DNA of 63,676 nt, filler included, from Guillardia theta CCMP2712 (taxonomy: Eukaryota > Protista > Cryptophyta), in assembly GCF_000315625.1 (NCBI RefSeq). It is 5 parts of 5 records of this genome, joined end to end, with 100 filler letters (N's around TTAATTAATTAA, not from the genome) between each part and the next. Parts side by side here need not be neighbours in the genome. Positions count along the whole stretch, not along the records: positions 19,852 to 50,013 come from NW_005434577.1; 4 more parts are not named here. One strand, given 5' to 3'. The first letter of the stretch is position 1. Each line of letters starts with the position of its first letter. Both the position numbers and the translations under genes were made by a program. Shown in pieces: positions 35,372 through 47,000 of the stretch. Below the pieces are notes generated by a model. It saw only the letters and a list, made by a program, of their open reading frames with translations. It was not told the origin of the DNA and did no database searches.

Positions 35372-38149
35372 TCAGGTAAAATTTTGGGTTTGAAACACCG
35401 CATCGATTTCTCGCTGTAGCCTCCTTTGTCTAGATAGTTTCTCCTCCTCAGCCGTCTGCTTCAGGACTACCCTCTCCTTCATCTTCTGCTCTCCCAAAGG
35501 ATCCAAGGGAAACAGCAGAAAGCTGCTCATCAACGAAAGCTCAAGCTTCTTCCGATGATCCTCCTCCCAGTTGTAACGACTGTAACTCCACTGTTGAGCC
35601 TCCGCCTTCTCCTCCCCTGCCATCGGTTCCATAAAAGATTTCTTCCTCCTACCCCCTCCCTCCTCCTCTCCCTCTTCCTCCTCCTCCTCCTTCCAGCTGT
35701 CCCCAATCACACCGATCATCCACTCCTCCTTCGTCAGCCCTGCCGCGTGCATGAAGCTTCCACTAGCGTGCACGCTCCCCGCGCTCCCCCGCTGCTCCAG
35801 CACCGACACCTCCCTCATCGCCTCCCCCAGCAGGTGCAGACGCGTCTGCTTCCTCCCCAGCACCCCCGCCGCCACCTTCCCCACCGTCATCCCGATCCGG
35901 CACGAGCACGGCCATGCTGAGCTCTTCCTGCACCTCGCGAACTTCCCGATCATCTCCCGCGCGCACGTCAGCAGCTTCAGGCAGATCCCCCGCGTCCTTC
36001 GCTTGCTCTGCACGTCGCTGCCTTCCTCCAGCCATCCCGCCACGATGTAGGCGTCGCCGATGGTGTCGATCTTGAGGAGGTTGTGCTCGACGACGAGCTG
36101 GTCGAAGAAAGCAAACATCTCGTGCACGAACTTGGCCAGCTTCATCGGAGAAGTGCTCTGAGACATGTCGGTGAAGTTGCAGATGTCCAGCTGCAGGATC
36201 ACCGCTGTCTTCATCTCTCCCTGTGTCGTGATCGGATCTCGAAGGAGCTTGTCCGCGATCTGCTTCGTCAGCATCTCCTTGAGGATACTCTCCAGCAGGT
36301 CCGCCTCGATCTTCCGCAGCTTGTAGTACTGCATCCGAGCATGCTCCGTGAACTGCAGCGCCGACAACTTCCTCTTCGCCATTCCCCAGATCCACCCTAA
36401 CGACATCGCCGCTCCCAGGCTCGCATGCTGCCCTCCCCCAACCAGCTTCACCAGCGCCAGCATCCCCATCCCCGTTCCCATCACCGCCCCGATGTCTCGC
36501 ACGCTGCTGGAGAAGAGCAGGGAGGAGATGAAGAGCAAGATTGCGCTCGTCACAGCAAACAGCTCGTCCCCGCTCACTCGTCTCGCCATCAGCATCCACA
36601 CCAGCGCCCCCCCGACGTTCATCGCCAGCACGCTGCCCTTGAGACGGTTGCACCTGTCAAGAAACTTCCGCATGTACCCCAGCAGGAAGAACACGTACGC
36701 CATGATCAGCAGAGTCTGCGCCAGCGCCATCACAGTCAGCGACAGCCGCATCTTCCCGTCCAGCCCCGTCCTGTCGCTCTCCATGCTCCTCACGTGCTTG
36801 ATCGGCAGCAGCAGCAGCAGCACCTCATGCGGAATGATGCGAGTGAGGAAGTTCATCAGGTGGTCCTTGGCCTGCGACAGCTGCAGCGACGGCGACAGGT
36901 GCATCTTGTCCCCTCCCCCTCTCCACCTCCTCCCGTCGTCCTCCTGCCTCCGGCTGCACAGCGACAGCAGCGGGAAACCCTTGCTCTCCTCCTGCTCCTC
37001 CTCCACCTCGAACGTCAGCATGTTCCCCTTCCCCTTGATCGACCTCAGCCCCATCGACCGGAACCTCAGCTCGCACTGCCCGCCCTTGAAGCCCTCCCTG
37101 AACGCTTCTGTGCACAAGATCGTGTTCGGAGCCGCGTACTTGCACATCCGAGACGCCGTGTTGGTCGTGTCCCCGTACACGCTGTAGTAGGCGCGGTGCG
37201 ACCCCACCACAGCTCCAGCTGCTCGCCCTCGATGAATCCCCACCTGAAGCGCTAGGGGGCAGTCGTGGACCTTGTAGCTGTTGGTGATGGTGATCAGCTC
37301 TCGAGCCAGCTTCACCATCCTCTCGCAGTACTCCACGGGGTAGGGAGAGCTCTGCTCCAGCTCGTCGAAGGGGTTCGCAGCCCGAGGGCAGGTCACGATG
37401 TACCACTCAGACACGTGCTGACAGGTGTACATGCCGTGCTTCTCCACCACCTCGTCAAACCTGCGGAAGATCTCATCCAGCATGCTGAAGAGATCCAGCG
37501 GCTCGTTGTTGTGAAGCACCTCCTGAGGAGACAGAGCGCAGAAGAGGATCGAGCAGTCTGCGATCTCTGCCCCCATGAACTTGTTGATGTCGCTCTCATA
37601 TGTCATCTTGCTCAGTACGCTCTCCGGGATCAGAGAGTGTACGATCTCCAGGTGCTGGTTCGCTACCTCCACCGCTGCCACAGCGTCCGCCAGCTTCTCC
37701 TCCTCCTTCTTGTACCTCGCCACACACCCATGAAGCTCGCTGATCCCCATCACGATGTAGCTCAGGATGCAGAGCCACCAGCACACGACGACGCTGGTGG
37801 AAGGAGCCTTGGGTACCCAAAGCTCGAAGAGCAGGAGAGGGAGGAAGTACACGCACCGAGGGGGAGGGAGCAAGGAGTCCAGCCAGGTCGACATGCTGCG
37901 AAGGAGGTGGGTATCGAGATTGCTGGAGAAGAAGGAGGCAAAGGCTGTATACAAGGGCCTGACAAGAACAGTGGCGGCACCGCTCAAGTAGAGCAAGACA
38001 ATAGGGAGAAGAGGAGGGAAGACTTCGACCGGCGATGCTATGTTGCTCTGATCGAAGTTCATGTGTGACATGTTACAATCGACGTTATTTCGTTTCGCAC
38101 CAAATCCTGAGAACAAGGGAAGCGTCAGGAAATCATCAATTGAGATCAT
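35372..38149 (-). CDS. Membrane-bound class III nucleotide cyclase with two cyclase homology domains (copy B)
   Basis: 925-aa ORF. The core differs from copy A at about 8 residues; the N-terminal segment and C-terminal tail are different. Confidence 0.9.
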   Translation of the reverse strand: MISIDDFLTLPLFSGFGAKRNNVDCNMSHMNFDQSNIASPVEVFPPLLPIVLLYLSGAATVLVRPLYTAFASFFSSNLDTHLLRSMSTWLDSLLPPPRCVYFLPLLLFELWVPKAPSTSVVVCWWLCILSYIVMGISELHGCVARYKKEEEKLADAVAAVEVANQHLEIVHSLIPESVLSKMTYESDINKFMGAEIADCSILFCALSPQEVLHNNEPLDLFSMLDEIFRRFDEVVEKHGMYTCQHVSEWYIVTCPRAANPFDELEQSSPYPVEYCERMVKLARELITITNSYKVHDCPLALQVGIHRGRAAGAVVGSHRAYYSVYGDTTNTASRMCKYAAPNTILCTEAFREGFKGGQCELRFRSMGLRSIKGKGNMLTFEVEEEQEESKGFPLLSLCSRRQEDDGRRWRGGGDKMHLSPSLQLSQAKDHLMNFLTRIIPHEVLLLLLPIKHVRSMESDRTGLDGKMRLSLTVMALAQTLLIMAYVFFLLGYMRKFLDRCNRLKGSVLAMNVGGALVWMLMARRVSGDELFAVTSAILLFISSLLFSSSVRDIGAVMGTGMGMLALVKLVGGGQHASLGAAMSLGWIWGMAKRKLSALQFTEHARMQYYKLRKIEADLLESILKEMLTKQIADKLLRDPITTQGEMKTAVILQLDICNFTDMSQSTSPMKLAKFVHEMFAFFDQLVVEHNLLKIDTIGDAYIVAGWLEEGSDVQSKRRTRGICLKLLTCAREMIGKFARCRKSSAWPCSCRIGMTVGKVAAGVLGRKQTRLHLLGEAMREVSVLEQRGSAGSVHASGSFMHAAGLTKEEWMIGVIGDSWKEEEEEEGEEEGGGRRKKSFMEPMAGEEKAEAQQWSYSRYNWEEDHRKKLELSLMSSFLLFPLDPLGEQKMKERVVLKQTAEEEKLSRQRRLQREIDAVFQTQNFT

Positions 38150-39429
38150 TCAGTGGCAAGAGACGAAGAAGAAATCATTTCCTGGTGTTTTCCTTGTGAC
38201 TGGAATCCTATTCTGCATCAACTCGAAAAAATCGCTCAAGACAGCAACGAACAACTTCGAACCATTTTTTTCACTCTCCCGCTCGTACTCTTTGTTTTCT
38301 GTTGTATGTCATGTACATTCATCAATGATTCAGCAATATCTTCTCACATAGCTTCGTATCTCTGCTGTTCTACTTCTCCTCCCTTCAATTCCATTCCTTT
38401 CTTTCTCACCCAGTATCCACTTGTGCCCATTCTGCCCTCCTCGCGGATACCACCCACCCCTACCCATACAAACATACCAGGAAGGAACCATCACCCACCC
38501 AGAAGATTTCCTGCAACTTGCTATCAAACATACCCGTCCTTGTAAGACTACCCTCCCGTGCACCCTGGTCGCATGCCTGAAAATGGACACGAAAAAGGGT
38601 GAAAGTGATGACAGTCAAAACCCCCCCTGTGGAAAAATAGGTTTCATCCATGGACTCTTCGCAGAACCGGTCAAAATCATCGAAAAGACTCGCTTTCGAT
38701 CGCGATTTGGCCCCTTGCTGACAACCGAAGTTATCTCTGCCCATCTATTCTCACTAACTTATTGGGTAGTATTCGCTGCTGCCTCGTTATATAAAGTATT
38801 ATAATCTCAGATTGTGCTCTATATAATGTTTTTGGAAAGAGATTAAAAGTTTTGACTGGCTAGAGACGTCAACATAATTCGTTCCCCAATTCCATCGACC
38901 ACCGGTGCTCATCAGACGAATATCTACCCTACCCTATTTACCCACCCCACCCCCCATTCATAGGAGTATTACCCTGACCTGTCGACACCTCCATGCAAGG
39001 GGCTAAACGACACGGGAGGCTTGCACGCACGATTGTCAGCCTAATCTCAGTAGTAGGAGAAGTTGCTGTCCTCTCAATATTCCTATGTATACTCTGAGGC
39101 GAACTAGGTAACTTTCCTTGAGACTGAACTTTCAAAGGCCCCGTGCAATCAATCAAGAGATCTGCCAGTTACATTATTGTTTTCAATCTGACAAGTTCCA
39201 GTCGAGCAGTTCTGTGCTACAGTGATGGTGCGAGGTGTCTTACCCGAACAACGTTTTTCAATGCTTCTTCATCAGCATCTTCATGGAACAGCTGACAGTG
39301 TAAGGAGGTCACGACCTTCATGCTATACACTCGCTTGGTACTCTAGAGCTCGTGCTCGTAGGGTGTGCAGTGCGAGCCTCTGGTCGGGTGTACCACAACA
39401 TCTTACACTCTTCCCTTCATTCACAGCCA

Positions 39430-42400
39430 TCACCTCCTGCTATCCGAGGCATCGAAGTAATCGTTAAAGCTCAGCCGCACAAGCAGGTCCTCGAGGTGGG
39501 GATGGAAGCCGCGGGACACGATCTTGCTCAGTACGACCACCTGCCGCCATGTCAGTCCTCCAGCACCGTCACGACGTCCTGCCTCCTACCAGCAGCCTCG
39601 TGCAGCGATGGAAGTCCTTGCTGACCCTGTCGAGACTCTCCTCTGCCTCCCGCATCTCTTCCCAGTCCTCTTCTCCCTTCTGCAAGCTAGCCTGCAGCAG
39701 ATGTCAGCCCGGCGTCTCCCGGGCAGGAAGGGACCTTGTATCGAGGATAGGAGACGCTGAAGTTCAGAGCCAGGTCCAGCACCTTCCGGGCTGTGTCTGC
39801 CACGACCGCAGCTCGTTCATGGAGGAGGCACCTGATGCGGGTCAGTGGCGCCATGGCTGCCGTCTCGGGATGCTCACCGATCGCGCATTCGGCTGAGGAA
39901 GCGAAGGTGCAACGAATGGACTGAGGAGATGTCAGAGAAGCGGAGAGAGGAGGAAGCTGGAGGCAGCGGGAGGGAGAGGAGGGAGTGGGAGGGAGAGGAG
40001 GGTGAGTACGGTGAGAGAGAAGGAATTGAAGGAGAGAGGAGGAGAGGAGGGCGCGAGGATGACAGGAGGGAACAGGAGGGTACAAGAGGGAGCGGGAATG
40101 AAAGGAGGGAGACGAGGCAGCGAGAGGAGTGGGAGGAGGGAGGGGGAAGAGACAGAAGAAGCGGGAAGGAGAGGAGGGGAGTGGAAGGGGGCGAGGGAGG
40201 TGGAAGGAGAGGGAGAGGAGGAAGGGAAGTACTCTGATCAAGGTTCGTCGATTTCCTGATCTCCTTCTCCATCATGACTGAGCCAGACCCATGAATCTAC
40301 AACCCAAGAGGTCAAGATGAGCCGTCAGGGAGCTCAAGTCACCTGAGTCATGATGTAGTTCTCAAGGTTGTTGACGACATGTCTCAGCTCAGCTCTCAAC
40401 AGCAGATACTTGGTGTTGGGCGACCCATAGCGCTCGGCAGAGGAAGCGTCTTGCCCTATCCTGTCCCGAGTCTGCAACTCTTCCATCTCCCACTCGCTCT
40501 CACTATCCTTGACGATGGCGTTCTTGTCAGCGTGCGTGTCTGCGTTGAGAGCGATCTTGGCTCTCTTGATCTGCATGAGGAAGATCAGGATGTTGTTGTA
40601 CGTCTTGAGACTCTGCTCGTTGACGATGAGGTTGAGGGGCCATTCCACCGAGTACGAGATGTAGAGCCCGTCGAGGGCGAAAATGGACGCGTCCGATGCA
40701 GACTTCCTCTTGCGCGGATCCTGCGCTGCGTCGATCTGAGCTGAGATCGTGCCATAGGTTATGCTCTTGGAGGGAGGGAGAGAAGATTGGAGGAGCGAGT
40801 TGAGGGTGTGCGGGTCGTTCCAGGGCTCGTTCCTGTCCAGCTTCTGAAAGATGTGCATGGCGAACTCATGCAGGACATCTCCCGCCGCCATGAAGTAGAC
40901 CCTCCTTAGAACGTTGAGATGAGCGATGAGGTCGAACTTGTTGACGAGATACTTGACAAGCTCCTCGTTCAAGTCCTCCACTCTCCTCTCCAGATCTTTC
41001 AGCAGCGCCTCCTCCATCAGCTTCTCGAACGGTAGGACGGAAGACTCCAAGTCCTCGGAGATCTCCTCATCCTCCTCGTCGTCAGCGGACGCCAGGAAGT
41101 GCCTCAGCGATGAAGGAGGAAGGTCGGAAAAGGAGCAATCAGCACTGTCAGGGAAGGAGACTTGACATGACATGTCGTCATTGAGGGGTAAATGAACATG
41201 AAACAAATCATCGACTCTCTCCGTCGAAGAAGTCGTGCTGGCATGAATTTGCTGGAAGACCCAACTCAGCTGCACCAGACCTCCACCTCCTCTTTCCGCC
41301 AAGTCCGAGGGATAATCTGCTGTCGGACGGCTCTTGACAGGAGTGGACTTGGCACTGCAAGCAGAAGACGAATCTTGGACGACTCCTTGACCTATCCTCA
41401 ACCTCCGGTTGCGAAATTTCATCCTCTGCTCAAACGTTGACAGGATTGACCTCTGACTTGTCAAGACCTGTCGTATAACCCTCTTGGTGTCTCCATCATA
41501 CAGCAACACATTCACAGACTTCCCAGCTGAGAGGATTCGCGAACACAAGGGTCGGAAGAAAGCTGGAACGACTGTTGTGACAACGTAGAGGCAGTCTTCC
41601 TTCACCGTGTCTTCTAGATCAACGAGGACTCTTCGCTTCGCTCCGATGTATCCCTTGACAATGGCTGAGAGTAACTTTCCGTTCTTTCCAGTGACAGTGA
41701 TTGTCATTCCCGTGTAAAAGTCATCCAAAGAGTTAGATTCCCGTGAGATCGTTATGGTGCCAACGCTGCTACTCCTTATCTTCCCCTCATCCACAATGTC
41801 TCCTCCCTGCCTGATCGCAAACATCTGCCAGTAGCGGGAGACGGAGGGCTGACTCGTTCTCGGCTGCACCTGATCACTCAGACCAGCCTCCTGCTCTACT
41901 TGGACGTCCTGGATGAAAAACTCATTGCAAGTGTCGTTTTCCAAACTCCCCTCCGCCAGCCAGTGGTCAAGGATGTGGAGGTATGGCCTCAGGGTAGCTG
42001 TAAAGATCCCATGGAGCAGGTCGTAACAACCCTCGTCGGGCAGCATGCGGGTCATAGAAGCCTCGTCGAAGAGAAAGTCCAGAATCCTCTTGGTGCTGTG
42101 CGAGGGAGAAGGGACCTCCCGCTGTGACACTCCGCCAGCTAGGAAAGTCAACAAGTCCACCTCCTTGACTTTGGAATCGATCAGTCTCTCAACTACGATG
42201 AGCGTCAGCGACGTATGAGATCCTTCCACTTGCAACGTCGGCCTTTCAGAATGCGAAGTTCGAATGAGACCGTTGACGATCTCGTCAAAGGATTCAAGGG
42301 TTTCACTCACACTGAGCCCGAAGGCTTGCTGTGTGAGAGTCTTCCCTGAATCTGGGGAGAGGTACTGACGTGAGAACCTCCTCAATCTCTCAAGCTTGGT

Positions 42401-43486
42401 CGAAATCTTCATCATCTTCCCAAGAATGCTGCTCAAAGACTCCGGTGATAGGTGAGTGAGGGTGACTGGCTGGCACTGGAGGAATCCATCACACCTGTCA
42501 CGGAAACTTCGGAGATCGTTCGAGCCAACATGAACATCTTTCAATCCACAGGTGCATCCCTGCCATGTGAACAACGATCCTGTTCGCCCTGCAAGCATCT
42601 GCAGGACTTGTTGAACAACTGTCTGCTCATGGGAGATCAAATATTTCGACCTCCACAAACTCAGACTATCTCGTCCTTCATCCATCTCTGCGCACGCTAT
42701 GGCGAGGTTTGTCTGGATCAGGGGAACGTTGGGTGGAGCGGAGACGTATCTCGGAAGTTTGAACCCGAGCGATGGGTCCATGTCGACAGGCTTGCTCATT
42801 CCCACATGTTTCCTTTCCATTCCGATGACCGTCGACATCCTATTCACCTCACTCGTTGTATCAACCTGTTCGCACTCGTCCCGCTCGTCCATCGGAGTTG
42901 TTTCCTTCTGCAGAGTTTCACCTGATTTCTCCCCTGACACAGTTTCTTCCTCATCGCTCCAGTCAGACAGCGTGCCTTCACTCTCTGCCCCAGAGTCCCC
43001 AGCAAACTCTTCGTTGATGCTGCGCAAGCTGCTCACCAGGTCGTGTACATCCGGGGCGCTGACTGACTCAACGAACTGCAGCTGTCGATGGTGCGAGATC
43101 GCTCTCTCGTTGTCTATGTTGTAATCGAGAACCCTGTCGGACAGATGATACAGGAACCTCATGCACGAGTAAACGAAATCCTCCCTGTCCTGATCCTTGG
43201 TCACGTCTTGGATGCCTCGCAGCCTCGTTACAGCGTGCTGCAGGGCGTTCAACTTTCCGATCTGTGAGTGGAACTCCAGCTTATCTAACAGGTTCTTGTA
43301 CTGACGATCGACAACGCTCGGCATGGTTGAAAGGAATTGGTGGTCGTCGATGTTTTCAATGGAGAACTTCACTGCTTTGCGGAAGTTTGGAGTGTTTCTG
43401 GCAATGCCTGTGATGCTCTCAACCAGATTCTCTATCAGGACTTGCCGTCTTTGATTGGACTTCTTCCGAAACTCTGACGCGGACAT
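39430..43486 (-). CDS. GCP5: Gamma-tubulin complex component 5
   Basis: Long first exon with a GCP5-like N-terminus (HQFLSTMPSVVDRQYKNLLDKL), GRIP1 (PYLHILDHWLAEG...EFFI, VPAFFRPLCSRILSAGKS) and GRIP2 (LRRVYFMAAGD, YSVEWPLNLIV, NLENYIMTQ). Final exon HPHLEDLLVRLSFNDYF stops at 39430. Confidence 0.88.
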
Positions 43487-44019
43487 TGCTGCGGTGCCCT
43501 CTAGAAAAATCGGACGACTAACTGGGAGTGATGAAGGGCAAGACTGACGTCTGACTTGCAAGAACTTACAAGAAGCGCTTAGATCACTTGTATCTCTTCT
43601 CTTGTATCGCTACTGTATCCGCCATGTTGTTCAGATGTACACGTCTTTACACCCTCCCTCCTGCATTCCTATGCACAATGGACGGGCCATTGGAGGGAAC
43701 GCGAAAAAAGGGAAGAATCTGTAAAACAAACAAAATGTTATAAGCAAACTGTAAAAGTTAAAAAAATGAGGTGAGCCCCATGGCATGCAGGCGATGCGTC
43801 CCGATAGGTAGGAGAAAAAGCAACGAGAAGAGGAGAGGAGAGGTGAGGTGAGGAGAGGAGAGGAGAGGAGAGGAGAGGAGAGGAGAGGTGCGGAGAGGAG
43901 AGGAGAGGAGAGGTGCGGANNNNNNNNNNNNNNNNNNNNNNNNNNNNNNNNNNNNNNNNNNNNNNNNNNNNNNNNNNNNNNNNNNNNNNNNNNNNNNNNN
44001 NNNNNNNNNNNNNNNNNNN

Positions 44020-47000
44020 TCTCCTTCAGTCTCGTCGCTTCTCCCATGGCCTGTACATAGTTTTCATCGTTGTTGTACCAAGCTTCGCCCTCCTCCTTGT
44101 ATCTCCTCACGACCTCTTGGAATTTGTATGCGATCAGCTCGTGCAATGCGTGATGATAGTTCATCATCACATCCAAGGGTGCATCTGCCATCCGGTCTTT
44201 GACTCGCTGCGACTGCATCATGCCCTCCAGGTCTCGACCGATCTCTTCCTCCACGTTCTCCAGCAGCGCCATGAACAGCTGCTTCCGCTTCCCCAGAGTC
44301 TCCTCTATCGTCGAGCACGTCAAGTTCGCGTTGATCTTCAGCGGCACCACCCGCACCCGCATCCCGTCTGTCTCTTCCACCCGCGGCTGCTTCACCACCT
44401 CCAGGTACGACAGCGGCGGATACAAGATCTCCTTCTCCTCGGGGTACTGCGACAGCAGCTCCAAGTCCGCTCCCCGGTCGATGGCCCCGCAGCTGATCTC
44501 GAACACCGTCGGCAGCGAGCCTTCCTTGGCGTACTGCAGCGCCACCTGCCTCTCCGTCGACGTGCTGAGCATCCCGTACTCCACCCCCCCTGACACCCCT
44601 CGCGCGTCCTCCTCCACGAACCTCGCCGGCATCCGCACGCCCTTGAGCCCCCGGTACACAACCCGCGACGAGGGCAGCCTCGTGGTCTTGGACAGCTTGA
44701 TCACCCCGCTCACCACGCAGTGCAGGGTCGTGACGTACTTGTTGACCTTGTGCGACTCCGGAAGTCGCAGTACCGCGTGTACTTGTAGTACATGGGGCCT
44801 GTCAACCGCGTCTGTCAGCTCTCGTCGCACCTCTACGCGTCTACACGTCTCTCATCCTCTACCTGTGTAGAGCAGCAGCGCGACGACTTCCTCCTCCCGC
44901 AGCCCTGCTTGCTGCACTCGCTCCTCCGCCATCAAGCCCTCCACGTCGCGGATGCGTCTGATCCCCTGCGAGAGCTGCCGCCGCATGCTCGGGTCTGTCA
45001 CGGCTTCCCACTCGCGCTTGGGCGTCGTGACCTCGTTGTGGTTGGGCGGAGTGAACGGCTCCTCCGAGTCCTTCCTGTGGCAGTGCTCGTCCTCTAGCCC
45101 CTTCCACAGGTCTGTGCTGGGCAGCCCGATGCGCTCGATGAGGCCCCCGTGAAACTCCTCCAGCCTCCCGAAGATAGCTTCCTCTCCTTCCTCGATCGAG
45201 AACTTCGCGTTCCCTCCCTCTGACCTCCCTCTTGACCTTCTCGCTGATGCTGCCGATCTTCTTGAAACTGCATCCGATGACGTCACCTGGACGGCTTCGA
45301 GCACGTCTGCAATGCGTCTACCGCACGCCTCCTTCGTCTCCCTCGCTAGCAGCCCTGATAAGGGAGACCTCGGGCTGCCTCCGCCGATCTGCTCTGCGAT
45401 CCTCCGCAGCACGTCAGGCCGGGCGAGCATGTCCTGCTTGCGCCCGAGCTCCCACTCCCTCGCGATCGTCCTCTCGTACTCATCGACACTACTGCATGTC
45501 TCAGCGAGACGCGCGAGGAGGTCGGCCGGCAGATTGAGACCCAGGCAGAGCTCGCTCGCTTGCGCGTGACCTGCCGTCATGTCCGAGTCTTGGGAGCGAC
45601 TGATGTAGAAGACCTGGAGCGTGTCGCGCATGTCAGGAGGAAGCGCCCACCGACCTGAGTCTGACGATGACGAGTCCTCGCCTTGTTTCGCCTTGCCTGA
45701 CTCGGGGATTGAAGCTTCTTCAAGCTCATGCAGCAGCTGTAAAACGACCTCAGAGTCCGCCTTAGCCTTGTCTGCTGGTCTGCTCTGAGCTTCTTGCGCG
45801 TGTTCGCGTTGACTTTGGTTTCTCTCCTTCGGCTCGTCGGGTTGATCTCCCTGGTCTAGCGATAGCTTGACTAGTGCTTGCGCCTCCTCTCCCTCGATTT
45901 GTCTTCTTCTCTTCTTCCTCTGCTCGTCATGTAGCCTATCGGCCTCTCCTTCCTCTGGCTTTCGCTTCTCCTTCTCTTGTCTCTTGCTTGCTGTCAGGCC
46001 TGGCGTCAGAGTCACCTGCTGCTTGTCGTGATCACCCCCTTCATGCCCATGCCCATGCTCAATCGTTTCATGTGCTGACGTCATCATAGCTTGCTCGCTC
46101 GCCTCCTCGTCTCGATGCTTCCTCCTCTCGTCTAGACTATCCGACCCCACCTGCCCTCATGCGTCAGACCCTCATACCTCACGGCTACATGTACATCCGG
46201 CCTTACCCTAGAAGCCGAAGCCGCAGACGAGCCGCCGGTCGTCAGTCTTCTTCTCTTGTTGCTCTCACCTGCGCATGGCTTAGACGATCGTAGTCTATCG
46301 CCTCTACCTTACCTTTCCCTTCCTTCACAAACGCCTCAAAGCTCCTATACCCTCCAGGCCTCTCGCACTCCTCCAGCCCTCGGAAACCCTCTCTCAGCTC
46401 CTCGCTCCAGCTCTCCTCGCACTCCCTCCAGTCTGTCCTGTACCCGTCGCTCCTCACGACCCAGCCTGTGCTGCTGATCCACGTCCTCCAGCCCTCCAGC
46501 TCGTGTCTGTCGTTCTCATGCTTGCTGTGATAGTATTGGAGTAGACAATAGTGCAAGAACACGCTGCTAAGCTTGGTCATCTTCAGCATCATGACGTAGC
46601 TTCTGGCGTGAACGGCTCTCTCCAGCACATACAAGTAGAACAAGACCTCCTGACCACCTCCAGGCATCATCTCTTCTCGTAGATGCTCTTCGATCTTATC
46701 CATCCCGTCCTCCCATGACACCGACGGGTCCAAGCATTCATCAATCACCCTGCTCCATATCTCCAATGCTTCATCTCGCTCATCTGGGTCTGATATCACT
46801 CTGCCCATCTCCTTGCTGATCGTGTAGTCCAAGATCGCAATGAGCAGCTTGTCGTCCGACATGCTGCGACCTGTCTGACTTGCCTTCCATGCATCGAACG
46901 ACTGCGACGAGATCTTGTTCCGACCAATATACTCCAGCACGTCCTTGACCAGCTCGGGGCCTACGAGATTCTTTTTGACCTTTGTCAGGAAGTTCCCTAG

